Origin: a virus
Length of the DNA: 64,000 bases
IMG/VR virus record: IMGVR_UViG_3300031552_000001
Coordinates: 1 to 64,000 of that record
Direction: 5' to 3' (one strand)
Below the pieces are notes generated by a model. It made no database searches. It worked only from the letters and a program-made list of their open reading frames with translations, and had not been told where the DNA came from. Positions within the stretch are counted from its first letter, which is position 1; each line of letters opens with the position of its first letter. The position numbers were made by a program, and so were the translations under genes. Of this stretch, positions 1 to 8,633 are shown piece after piece.

Positions 1-81
1 CCCTACCAACCCGCGCGGTTGGGGGGTTAAAGGGGGGATGGGTAGTATGGTGATTTGTGCAAACTGCGCGGGTTGGTAGGG
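1..81. repeat. 16-bp perfect inverted repeat around a G-rich spacer
   Basis: CCCTACCAACCCGCGC (1-16) is the reverse complement of GCGCGGGTTGGTAGGG (66-81). Confidence 0.85.
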
Positions 82-123
82 TATAAGAGAGGTGGACAAA
101 TTACTCTATTTTAGGAGGCGCAT

Positions 124-855
124 ATGGGGCGCGAGGTTAGACGAGTTCCTTTAAGTTTCAATTGGCCGCTAGAGGTTGTGTGGGGAGGGTATTTGAATCC
201 GTATGACCGATGTAACGTGGAATGTCAGGCATGTAGGGGTAGCGGATTAGGCCCTGAGATGAGGCAGCTTCAAGACGACTGGTATGATTTAGCGAACACC
301 GGGCGGAAGTGGAGTGACAAACTTACACAAGACGAGGTTGATGCACTTGTTGAATACAATAGACTACGGATCTTTGACTCTAAAAGCAATAAGTGGGTAT
401 CGGTACCGCGTACAGCAGAAGAGGTCAACAAACTTAGCGGACTACACCACGATGCAATAAACATGTCTATTTGTTTAGAGACAAGAGCCAAGCGACTTGG
501 CATTTACAAAATGTGCGACAAATGCGGTGGCGAAGGGGTAATTTGGACGTCGGCCGAAGACAAGGCAAAATACGAAAGCGGGAAAGCGTCAGACCCGCCG
601 GTTGGAGAGGGATGGCAGCTTTGGGAGACTGTAAGTGAGGGGTCTCCGATTACTCCAGTATTTGCGACCTCAGAAGAGCTTATTGACTACATGACAAAGC
701 CAGGGCCCGCAGGGAGGAGAAAGCCATGGGCAACTGGGTATTCTCGAGAAGAGGCTGAGGCTTTAGTGAAAGACGGGTGGTGTCCATCATTCACGGCTAC
801 CAAAGGAAAGGTCTACAATGGCGCAGAGGGAATGGTAGCTGCCGACAAGAAATAG
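124..855 (+). CDS. hypothetical phage protein with two DnaJ-type CxxCxGxG zinc-finger motifs
   Basis: 243-aa ORF with AGGAGG SD; motifs CQACRGSG and CDKCGGEG. Confidence 0.75.
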   Translation: MGREVRRVPLSFNWPLEVVWGGYLNPYDRCNVECQACRGSGLGPEMRQLQDDWYDLANTGRKWSDKLTQDEVDALVEYNRLRIFDSKSNKWVSVPRTAEEVNKLSGLHHDAINMSICLETRAKRLGIYKMCDKCGGEGVIWTSAEDKAKYESGKASDPPVGEGWQLWETVSEGSPITPVFATSEELIDYMTKPGPAGRRKPWATGYSREEAEALVKDGWCPSFTATKGKVYNGAEGMVAADKK

Positions 856-866
856 AGGGCATAGAA

Positions 867-1109
867 GTGAAAGCAGAACCTTTCAACCCGTGGCTTTTGG
901 TGGTGTCTAAGGGGTGGAGGAGAAGAGAGTTTGTGCGCACAGTGGCAACTGCGTGTGAGAGGGAGGCGGGGAAGGAGCACGGGAAAGTGGTCGTTGTTGA
1001 CTGCCCTACGCAGGAGATGGCAGACGAATTTCTGCACTTGTACAAAGATCTTTATCCAGAGTTACCGGAACCTGAAATTCAACTCGGTGGAAGCGAGCAG
1101 GAGAATTGA
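867..1109 (+). CDS. hypothetical protein
   Basis: In-frame GTG of ORF 777-1109 after GAGGG; follows the previous gene. Confidence 0.45.
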   Translation: MKAEPFNPWLLVVSKGWRRREFVRTVATACEREAGKEHGKVVVVDCPTQEMADEFLHLYKDLYPELPEPEIQLGGSEQEN

Positions 1110-1114
1110 GAAAG

Positions 1115-1160
1115 CTCCTGGATGGCAAGGGGGGCTGAAGCCCCCCTTGCCATCCAGGAG
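1115..1160. repeat. 21-bp perfect palindrome with 4-nt loop (terminator/processing hairpin candidate)
   Basis: CTCCTGGATGGCAAGGGGGGC-TGAA-GCCCCCCTTGCCATCCAGGAG just after a stop codon. Confidence 0.8.
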
Positions 1161-1405
1161 AAACCAAATGCCCCCTCCGCTATAAGAATCTTATTACAGC
1201 CGGAGGGGAATAGTGCAGCAACGTCATGCAACTGCATGATATTACTAATGAAACGTCGATTTTCGCAAGAGGGCATTAGGGGAAATTCGCAACATCGGCA
1301 ACGGCATTTGAGGTGTTTTTTCCGTAATTCTTCTTGGTAACCGCATGCGGTTTTGCAGCGAGATAGCCTTGTGGCTGCGAAACCCTACTGTCCGCACAGT
1401 GAGGA

Positions 1406-1807
1406 GTGATGCCGATGAGTGATGCGAAGTACAGTATTCAATTAAACATACACGACGAGCCGGTAATCATGACGCCCGAATCTAAGGTGCTTCCTGGGCT
1501 TGTTGACGCGAAGAACAAACTTAACCAACAGCTCAACGAAATCAGGCGCTTGAAGAAGGAAATAAGGGAGCTCACTGAGAAAGACAAAAGAAGAAAGCGA
1601 GAGGACTACCCCTTAGACATGGAGATGCCGACCATATGCGTCTCGTGCGGTTCGTGGTTCGACTTAGACCAGGGGAAGCCGTGTTATGAATGCAATATAG
1701 TGTATTGTGACAACTGCGCTTCGTATAGCAGGGATAGTTCGTGGATATGCAAGCGATGCGCCCGGTGGAAACGTGAAGCACGACGCAAAAACAGCAATAA
1801 GAGCTGA
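1406..1807 (+). CDS. coiled-coil plus Cys-rich zinc-finger protein
   Basis: GAGGAG SD; CVSC...CYEC...CDNC...CKRC. Confidence 0.7.
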   Translation: MMPMSDAKYSIQLNIHDEPVIMTPESKVLPGLVDAKNKLNQQLNEIRRLKKEIRELTEKDKRRKREDYPLDMEMPTICVSCGSWFDLDQGKPCYECNIVYCDNCASYSRDSSWICKRCARWKREARRKNSNKS

Positions 1808-1896
1808 AGGGAGCTTTAGCTTAGGAATGCCAAGAGAGGGTGTTCACATCAAGTACTCGTAATTTGTGTAATGTCTATTGGACTGGAGGTTGCCTG

Positions 1897-2619
1897 ATGA
1901 CGAATAAGCCAGATTGCTACAAGTGTAAACACCGAAGAGGTACTCAATGGGGCCATCACTCATCGTGCGTTAACGGCAAAGCGTATGTGAAGGGTAACGC
2001 GCATGGTATACGCAACGGCTGGTTTTTATGGCCGATCAACTTTGACCCAGTTTGGCTTGATTCGTGTGATGGGTTCGATCTCGCCGACGCCAGCGAGAGC
2101 GTTCCGACAACGAAAGAGAAAAGAAAAGCGAAACGCAATGACAACAGACTGAGGAGCGATAAGAAAGAGCGCTCACGATGCGGACTGCGAATTAAAAGCA
2201 CCCATAAGCGAAATACCGAAGGCGATTTGTCTAAGGAGGTGGACAATGGCGGTCCTGTGAATCGCACTGAAGAGGAACTGTCACTGGGACAGTATTTAGG
2301 TTCCATACGCATCGCTAGGAACCTAACTTTACGCGCGGTAGAAAGGGCTACTCAGCGAGAGGTTTCTAATGCCTATCTCAGCCAACTTGAGCATGGCTTC
2401 ATTAAGAAGCCCTCACCTAACATCCTCTACAGCCTTGCAGAGGTCTACGAGGTGCCGTACGAGACGCTTATGGAGAAAGCGGGCTACCTAACTCGAAAGG
2501 CAGAACAGAAGTGTGAGCAGAAGCGTAAGTCTATACTTGCACTCGACAATACGTCCCTGACTCGAGAGGAAGAGGAAAAGCTACTTCTTTACCTAGCCTT
2601 CCTACGTTTCCGGAAGTAG
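1897..2619 (+). CDS. XRE-family HTH regulator, fused in frame to a small Cys/His N-terminal domain (possible independent start at GTG 2257)
   Basis: LGQYLGSIRIARNLTLRAVE...SNAYLSQLEHG...PSPNILYSLAEVYEV is a typical Cro/CI-type HTH; GGAGGT SD before 1897. Confidence 0.85.
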   Translation: MTNKPDCYKCKHRRGTQWGHHSSCVNGKAYVKGNAHGIRNGWFLWPINFDPVWLDSCDGFDLADASESVPTTKEKRKAKRNDNRLRSDKKERSRCGLRIKSTHKRNTEGDLSKEVDNGGPVNRTEEELSLGQYLGSIRIARNLTLRAVERATQREVSNAYLSQLEHGFIKKPSPNILYSLAEVYEVPYETLMEKAGYLTRKAEQKCEQKRKSILALDNTSLTREEEEKLLLYLAFLRFRK

Positions 2620-2626
2620 GGGATCA

Positions 2627-3612
2627 ATCTTTAGAGCACTAAGAATGAGTGCTTACCTGACTGTCATGTACATTTGAGGTGTTAAACAAGTGCACCTACA
2701 CAAACCGCAAAACTTAGAGTGCTAGTTTAGAGCACTCGCATATCTCGCCAAAAGTTAGAACTTAGGGTGCCAGTTAAGAGCACTCGCAAGGCGCTCAATC
2801 ATAGGGGCTTTGCTCCTACACACCACAAAACGACGCACATACCTTTCGGTAATTGAAATAAGAGCTCTGACCGCAGGTAATCTTTAGGGCGTTAAGAAAG
2901 AACGCTTACACAACGTGAGTTATGACAATAGTAGGCCTCAAAGAGACACAAATGAAAGGAACTTAGAGTGCTAGTTAAGAACACTCGCCAGGTGACGAAA
3001 TCTAATGTTAGGTGCGTCAATCAAGAGCGCGCACGTCCTGCAGGTGATCGTCTTTGGGGCACTAAATAAGAGCGCCCACAAAAGAAGGCCGGCCTATAGT
3101 CTGCGTTTTCAGAAGCTTATGGTTCATCTTTGGAGTGTTAAGTGAGGGCACTCACAAGAGGTGCATCGGTTATTCTTTGGGGGGTTAAGTAAGGGCCTCC
3201 ACTTCGCATCTTGAAGACTAACTTTGGGAAGCTACGTACGAGTTTCCACACCACACCATCGAAATGCTAAGAAATAGCACTCACGTTTCATAGTAATTAA
3301 ATAGGATAAACCGGCGCGAACGACATTTGAAGAGGCAATAAAGGCCTCTTACCCGTAGCAAAGGCCCTGTTTGCAGAACAGCAACAAAGAGTTCTGACCC
3401 ATTCTGGGTCTGTGGGCCCATATAAAGAATTGAGAACAGTAGTAATATTTGAAGGGCCGAAATAAGGGTTCTTATACGACAACTCGAATTGTGTTTGGAG
3501 TGTTAAACAAGAGCACTCACAGCTTGCGTACGACTTGTATTTGGAGTGCTAAATAAGAGCACTCACAAGACGTAAAAGTTAGAACTTAGAGTACCAGTTT
3601 AGAGCGCTCGCA
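2627..3612 (+). ncRNA. array of about 18 degenerate hairpin units (consensus YHTTTG-GAGTGCT-AANNAAG-AGCACTC-AC), candidate structured ncRNA
   Basis: No long ORF; stems start at 2634, 2677, 2717, 2765, 2887, 2966, 3012, 3057, 3133, 3180, 3227, 3262, 3330, 3374, 3452, 3498, 3544, 3589; substitutions mostly keep pairing via G.U on the + strand. Confidence 0.75.
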
Positions 3613-3687
3613 CGGAAAAGCATTCACACGGAGCTCGATCACGATAAAGGAACTTCGCTCATAGAGACTTAGAAAAAGGAGAAGAGT

Positions 3688-4188
3688 GTGGAATTCGAAC
3701 TTTTAAAAGCGAAAAGCCGCCCGCCGGACACTACTGGGAGGTATTTCATTGGAGAGAAGTGCGCCTACTTTTCAAATGGAGTCGTATGGCTGAACTGCCT
3801 AATAGACTACGTGGACTCCGACAACGAACTGGTTATTCAAATAAACGGAGAACGGCCGCATCCGCAACATTGGCTATCTTATGTATTAGAGGACTGTTCA
3901 CTAGAGGAGCTGGCAGAATTTGAGGGTATAGGAGAGCAGTTCGAGTGGATGATGCGTAATGGAGTTGTTCCGTACCAAGCCTTTTTGTTGAAGCTGGAGT
4001 TTTATGCAGGCCCCAATGACGATGGCTGGGAAGTGACCTATAGCATAAAAGATAGAGAGCCTATAAGCGATAGCGAAGCGTCTAAAGCCATACTGGAGCT
4101 TCTCCTAGACAGAACGAGGGCCCTATGGGCCGACAGAAGTGCCGTCGTCGACATCTTCATGGCCGACTGCGGGGTAATTATACAGTAG
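3688..4188 (+). CDS. hypothetical protein
   Basis: 166-aa ORF with AGGAG SD. Confidence 0.65.
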   Translation: MEFELLKAKSRPPDTTGRYFIGEKCAYFSNGVVWLNCLIDYVDSDNELVIQINGERPHPQHWLSYVLEDCSLEELAEFEGIGEQFEWMMRNGVVPYQAFLLKLEFYAGPNDDGWEVTYSIKDREPISDSEASKAILELLLDRTRALWADRSAVVDIFMADCGVIIQ

Positions 4189-4285
4189 GGTTAAGGTATT
4201 AAACCTCAAGGCACAACCCCTTCAGTCCTTAGATAAATAGTAACAAGACGCTAGGTACCTTTTAACGTGCCGGAAAGGGGGATGT

Positions 4286-4498
4286 ATGAAAAACGCTGAT
4301 GAGATGAAGGAACTGTTGATGAGGTTAGGCGCCTCTTCTGTCTTCCTTACTAATACAAGTATGCCAACAGCAGCAAAAACTGTAGGTTTATTATGCTGGT
4401 TAAGGAGAACAAGAGAGAACAACGACACTAAAGAGCTAAGGCGCCAATTGCTATTCCTTCACATAACTGGGGGTTTTGACTACGAGGAGAGAAAGTGA
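4286..4498 (+). CDS. hypothetical protein
   Basis: 70-aa ORF, GGGGG SD, GTGA overlap with next gene. Confidence 0.5.
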   Translation: MKNADEMKELLMRLGASSVFLTNTSMPTAAKTVGLLCWLRRTRENNDTKELRRQLLFLHITGGFDYEERK

Positions 4499-5202
4499 AG
4501 CGAAAAAACACGTACCTCACGGTGGATTTAGACTACTGGGATGTTGCAAGGAGTCCATGTGCCAGGGGTGTAGTTAAGAGGGTGCTCGATTTGAACATCC
4601 CTACTTCTCTATTCTTAGACCATCACTTGGTGCTTCGTGATTTTAGTGGAAGAAGCGCCGAGTTTTCAAAACTTATTAACGTAGATCAACACGATGACCT
4701 GGCCGGAGATACGGCAGATCCACTGAATGAGGCGAATTGGGTTAATTATGTTCCCTTTCGCAAAAACGCGGTCTACGAATGGCGCTTTCCAAGGGAAGAG
4801 TTTGCATGCTGTGACGGACATGACGGAGGCTTTACGTGGTACTTGAATAGGAGATTTAGGGGGGCGTATAGCAGGGCTTTTCATCGGGATCATCGCTTAT
4901 CCGTTTGTGGGTGGAAGGAGATTAGACGCGTAGAAGGGCTTAGTAGGATTAACTACACGAAAATTGCTAAGGCGTCGTTCGTTTTGAGCCCCGCTTATGT
5001 GTCAGTAGAGAAGATACGACCCGCCTTGATGCTACTTGCTGAAGCTAAAGGCGACGTGACATGCTCGAAATACGTAAAGTCCGCTCTCAATCGTTTATTG
5101 AACGGGAGTCCAACACTATTTAAGCGCAGCATGTTATCTTACAGAAAAAGAGCTGACCCTAGTTGCAAGTGCGGCAGAGGGCAAAACTGGGCTAGTCAGT
5201 AG
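4495..5202 (+). CDS. UPF0489-like / arginase-deacetylase-fold putative metallohydrolase
   Basis: Motifs TVDLDYW, DHH, INVDQHDD, LNEANWV. Confidence 0.55.
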   Translation: MKRKNTYLTVDLDYWDVARSPCARGVVKRVLDLNIPTSLFLDHHLVLRDFSGRSAEFSKLINVDQHDDLAGDTADPLNEANWVNYVPFRKNAVYEWRFPREEFACCDGHDGGFTWYLNRRFRGAYSRAFHRDHRLSVCGWKEIRRVEGLSRINYTKIAKASFVLSPAYVSVEKIRPALMLLAEAKGDVTCSKYVKSALNRLLNGSPTLFKRSMLSYRKRADPSCKCGRGQNWASQ

Positions 5203-5267
5203 GAGTGTTGGCGGGACTATCTAAGAGTTCCGACGTGTTTCCCATGAGAACGAAATAGGAGAGGAGT

Positions 5268-5474
5268 ATGGAATTCAAGGATGACGATGAGAAGGTGCTG
5301 AAAAACATCGAAAAGGAAATCAAGGGCGCTATAGCGCGCATCCTTACAAAACATGGGGATGCAGGGGCGCACTGGCAAGTGGAGGCTCTTCCAGAAAAGA
5401 TGGCTAGGGCTTCAATGTACATTTTGCGTGTTACCTCTGATGCCGTGGACGATGCAAAGAACAGCAGGCTATAA
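5268..5474 (+). CDS. hypothetical protein
   Basis: 68-aa ORF with GAGGAG SD. Confidence 0.6.
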   Translation: MEFKDDDEKVLKNIEKEIKGAIARILTKHGDAGAHWQVEALPEKMARASMYILRVTSDAVDDAKNSRL

Positions 5475-5499
5475 GAGGTTTGTTGAAAGGAGCGGTTTC

Positions 5500-5871
5500 A
5501 TGCTTGAAACGATCTTTTGTCTGCTATTCGGGTGGCATTGCCCGTCTGGGCCCGTGCTAGAAGCTTCAGACCCTACTGTGAACTCTGGGATCTATCAAGA
5601 CGAAGCAGGGCTTTACTGCTTTGTGGCGGATGGGGAAACAGTTGGGTGCTTTGCCTGCACGCTAACTACAGGGCACAGCAGGGAAGAATGTGCTTACGCA
5701 ATGGCTGAAATGGCCAATAAAGCTGGAATGGTGGCTAGTGTGTGCATAAGACGCAAACAGAAACCTGCGCGCGCGATCTCTGGTAACTGTAAGTGCTCCA
5801 ACGGGAAAGAAGAGTGCGTAGAAGTACACGTAATAAACGCTGTTGTCCAGAAGTTGCGTTTCGAGAAGTAA
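5500..5871 (+). CDS. hypothetical Cys-rich protein
   Basis: In-frame ATG of ORF 5353-5871 after AAGGAG. Confidence 0.55.
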   Translation: MLETIFCLLFGWHCPSGPVLEASDPTVNSGIYQDEAGLYCFVADGETVGCFACTLTTGHSREECAYAMAEMANKAGMVASVCIRRKQKPARAISGNCKCSNGKEECVEVHVINAVVQKLRFEK

Positions 5872-5882
5872 AGGAGACGATT

Positions 5883-6221
5883 ATGGGAATAAACGTAGAC
5901 TCTACACGAGAGAATCAAACTGATACGCATTTATACGTTTGCTCAGAGTGCGGCTGCCCGGAAGTGGAAGAGAGCGTGTGGGTGGATATAAACACAGGTA
6001 AGGAAACTGAGGAAGACTCGCCTTTAGGTTATTACTGGTGCCCTAATTGTGAGGCAAATGTAAAAAGAGTGTGCTTGGTTAATACAAAAACTGGGGAATG
6101 CCTAGACCATGAAGGCCACAACGTTAAGCCCAACTTTAACTGGAAGCAAAGCAATGAAAAAGAATCCCGGCCCGAGGAAGGTGAAGCAGCTTGCGAGAAA
6201 CATCGCAGCGTGTTGGGTTGA
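5883..6221 (+). CDS. small zinc-ribbon protein
   Basis: AAGGAG SD; CSECG...YWCPNCE. Confidence 0.6.
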   Translation: MGINVDSTRENQTDTHLYVCSECGCPEVEESVWVDINTGKETEEDSPLGYYWCPNCEANVKRVCLVNTKTGECLDHEGHNVKPNFNWKQSNEKESRPEEGEAACEKHRSVLG

Positions 6222-6415
6222 GTAGGCCCTAGATGGTGGAGGCTTGGAGGACTCTCTCGCCGCAAGAGGATTTGATGAAGAGGAGATAGGGCTACAGGTA
6301 GAGGAGGAGTTGAAGCGTCTCATTGAACGTATGACCTGCGGGAGTCAACGACAGAGAAGAAGGCAGTGAGCGCCGTAAGAGAAGCTCCAATGTGGAAACA
6401 TGAAATGAGGCACGT

Positions 6416-6820
6416 ATGAAAAAGCCAACAACGCACGTTGTTGCGACGGGTATTATTGTCCTTGCGTACATCGCATTTGTTTTCGTTATCTCGATACAAC
6501 TCGACACAATTACCGACCAGCTGGGAAAGCTTCAGCCTAGCATCTATGCGACAAATGGTAGAGCTCAATGGAAGCCTATTGAACCCATACCGGATACCAG
6601 TAATTTTAACAAAATGTACTCCGATTTTTACTACATCGACGCAGGTCGTGTGGTAATGAAGCTGCGAAGTCTGAACGAGGGAAAACCGGGTAAGGTAGTC
6701 GAGATTCGGCGAAGCGATGACGTTCTTTTAGGGTACGTGGTGATGTTTGAAGACGGGACGAGTGTGCTCATGGAAAGCTTTGATCACAGGTACTGGCAGG
6801 ACAGCAAGAGTAGTAACTAG
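6416..6820 (+). CDS. N-terminally membrane-anchored hypothetical protein
   Basis: Hydrophobic VVATGIIVLAYIAFVFVISI; GAGG SD. Confidence 0.6.
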   Translation: MKKPTTHVVATGIIVLAYIAFVFVISIQLDTITDQLGKLQPSIYATNGRAQWKPIEPIPDTSNFNKMYSDFYYIDAGRVVMKLRSLNEGKPGKVVEIRRSDDVLLGYVVMFEDGTSVLMESFDHRYWQDSKSSN

Positions 6821-6912
6821 AGGTATCGCCAAAAGTAGATAATCAATGAGGCGTTTCAGCCTCAAAACATCACCAATAACTTTTACACTTCACGCTCTCA
6901 AGGAGAGGTAGT

Positions 6913-7311
6913 ATGCGTGTGGCTCGTATGAAATTATCTCGCGTTGATAAAGATATGTTCAGACAGTTGTATTCCCTGAACAAGCGCCGCTACGGCGAGA
7001 TGCGAGATATGCTGATTAAAGAAAGAACAAATAAAACGGCTTATGTGTATCTGATTTTTGACGAGAAGGACAAGCGAAGGGTAATTGCTTGGGCTATTAG
7101 TGCGTGCAAACACCAGCGCTCTTGTCCAGTAGGTATGTTTTGGGTTCGTCGCTCGCATCGTCGTCAAGGATTCGGGAAAAAACTACTGACCGCAATCGAT
7201 CTAGATTCTAAACGTAGATGCCGTAAATGGTACTACTACGACCATGACTACCGATCGTGTGAGTTTTTTTCACACACGTCGAGGGGCAAGAGCATAGACA
7301 CTCGGAGGTGA
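6913..7311 (+). CDS. GNAT-family acetyltransferase
   Basis: Acetyl-CoA binding motif A: FWVRRSHRRQGFGKKLL. Confidence 0.7.
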   Translation: MRVARMKLSRVDKDMFRQLYSLNKRRYGEMRDMLIKERTNKTAYVYLIFDEKDKRRVIAWAISACKHQRSCPVGMFWVRRSHRRQGFGKKLLTAIDLDSKRRCRKWYYYDHDYRSCEFFSHTSRGKSIDTRR

Positions 7312-7317
7312 ATCCTG

Positions 7318-7776
7318 ATGAGCACTACGCCCGAAAAAAGAAAGTTTGAGGTTGGTGATGTCGTTGCGAAGTTTGAGTACAACTGGGAGCTTGTTATCAG
7401 AAAGGTCGTCAAATCTTTTAAGAGGTACGTGGTGCTTTCTGACGGGTCAAAATACTCGCACGGCGGCCATGAATGCCACAGCGGCTATATAAGTTCGTAC
7501 ATTACTATAGCATCGCCAGAGCACCTCGAGGCGTTCAGGAAAAAGCTTAAATGGGGGAAGATAGAAAAGAAATTCAACGAATTGAAAGGACGAAGAGGCG
7601 AAATGGAAATGGGCGTCCTTAATTCTTTGCTCCAAACTTTAGAGAATATTTCTAACCAGGTTGCCGCACAGGGCGGCAGGTGGGGTCAGCGTCGAAAAAC
7701 GCATATACATGGAAGCGGCACTGGCCCCACTTCACACAACAGGAGCCAAAGGAACAAAAAACATGGCACAGCATGA
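7318..7776 (+). CDS. hypothetical protein
   Basis: 152-aa ORF, GGAGGT SD. Confidence 0.55.
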   Translation: MSTTPEKRKFEVGDVVAKFEYNWELVIRKVVKSFKRYVVLSDGSKYSHGGHECHSGYISSYITIASPEHLEAFRKKLKWGKIEKKFNELKGRRGEMEMGVLNSLLQTLENISNQVAAQGGRWGQRRKTHIHGSGTGPTSHNRSQRNKKHGTA

Positions 7777-8077
7777 ACTGAAGCTATGGCCTGCGCCATT
7801 TGATGCCGTTGATAGAAATGAGAAGCGGTTCGAATATCGCAGAGATGATAGAGGCTTTGAGGTCGGTGATGTTCTCTTATTGCGTTGTTGGGATCCAGCA
7901 GCCAGTGTCTACACAGGACGAACTCTAAAGAGGCGCGTGACCTATATTGCTCGCGGGCCCATGTTCGATATCCCATTAGGCTACTGTATTATGTCAATTG
8001 AGCCGGAGGAAGAATGGCTAATTTTGATGAGGAACGATTCCCGAAGTGGGGGAAGTAAAGAGCAAATGGAAAAGTAA
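7763..8077 (+). CDS. ASCH/DUF3850-like (PUA fold) protein
   Basis: HELKLWPAPFDAV...KRFEYRRDDRGFEVGDVLLLRCW. Confidence 0.8.
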   Translation: MAQHELKLWPAPFDAVDRNEKRFEYRRDDRGFEVGDVLLLRCWDPAASVYTGRTLKRRVTYIARGPMFDIPLGYCIMSIEPEEEWLILMRNDSRSGGSKEQMEK

Positions 8078-8105
8078 AAACCCAACTGTAAGGAGCAAGG
8101 AAATC

Positions 8106-8306
8106 ATGACTGCTGAAAAGATTATCAAGATTCGATGCGATATACACAAAACTAACAAGTGCTATAGTTATATAGAAGTTGACTCAGAGGAGGTGTATGA
8201 GGCCCGGCAAATCGCAGCTAAAGAAGGGTGGAAGCACGACGGTGAGTATAGAGATGCGTGTCCCGAGTGCGTGGAGTTTTTGAGAGGGGTAAAGGTTTGG
8301 TGGTAG
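8106..8306 (+). CDS. small zinc-binding protein
   Basis: RCD...C and DACPEC motifs; AAGGA SD. Confidence 0.5.
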   Translation: MTAEKIIKIRCDIHKTNKCYSYIEVDSEEVYEARQIAAKEGWKHDGEYRDACPECVEFLRGVKVWW

Positions 8307-8351
8307 GCGCAGTATGAACTCATAAACACGGCTATAAGGAACAAAGAAACC

Positions 8352-8633
8352 ATGACAGAACAAAACCAAAACGAAGAGTGCGCCGAGGCGACCACTGTGT
8401 CTTTCATAACCGCTAAAGAGGCAAGGAGAAGGTCACTAGAAAGCATCAGGAAAGATATAGCAACTATGATAGACGAGGCGATAGACGAGCGCGACTATAA
8501 CCCAGAAATAGTTATCCCTAACGTATTTGTGGCTGAGATAACAAGTGCCCTTGAGTCGCCTGCACTTGGATATTCTGTAAAAGTAACTCCGACTGACGAT
8601 GAAAGCAGCATTCTTAGCATACGCTGGTGGTAA
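8352..8633 (+). CDS. hypothetical protein
   Basis: 93-aa ORF ending LGYSV...LSIRWW. Confidence 0.55.
   Translation: MTEQNQNEECAEATTVSFITAKEARRRSLESIRKDIATMIDEAIDERDYNPEIVIPNVFVAEITSALESPALGYSVKVTPTDDESSILSIRWW

Noticed and set aside
2627-3612. Canonical CRISPR array
   Set aside because: Repeats are not identical, spacers are 11-19 nt and irregular, and no cas1/cas2 is present. Kept only as a CRISPR-like hypothesis.
2627-3612. TIGR-Tas array
   Set aside because: The variable 7-mers in each unit pair with each other, I see no box C/D-like edge and loop repeats, and there is no Nop-domain gene in the window.
4495-5202. Circularly permuted arginase-like enzyme as a novelty
   Set aside because: The DxDY-first motif order is, to my recollection, common among UPF0489-like phage and bacterial proteins, and I cannot show anything unusual.
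6824-6836. Match of an array linker (TCGCCAAAAGT, near 2745) to 6826 as a self-target
   Set aside because: Only 11 nt; with about 20 linkers and both strands of 64 kb such a match is expected by chance.
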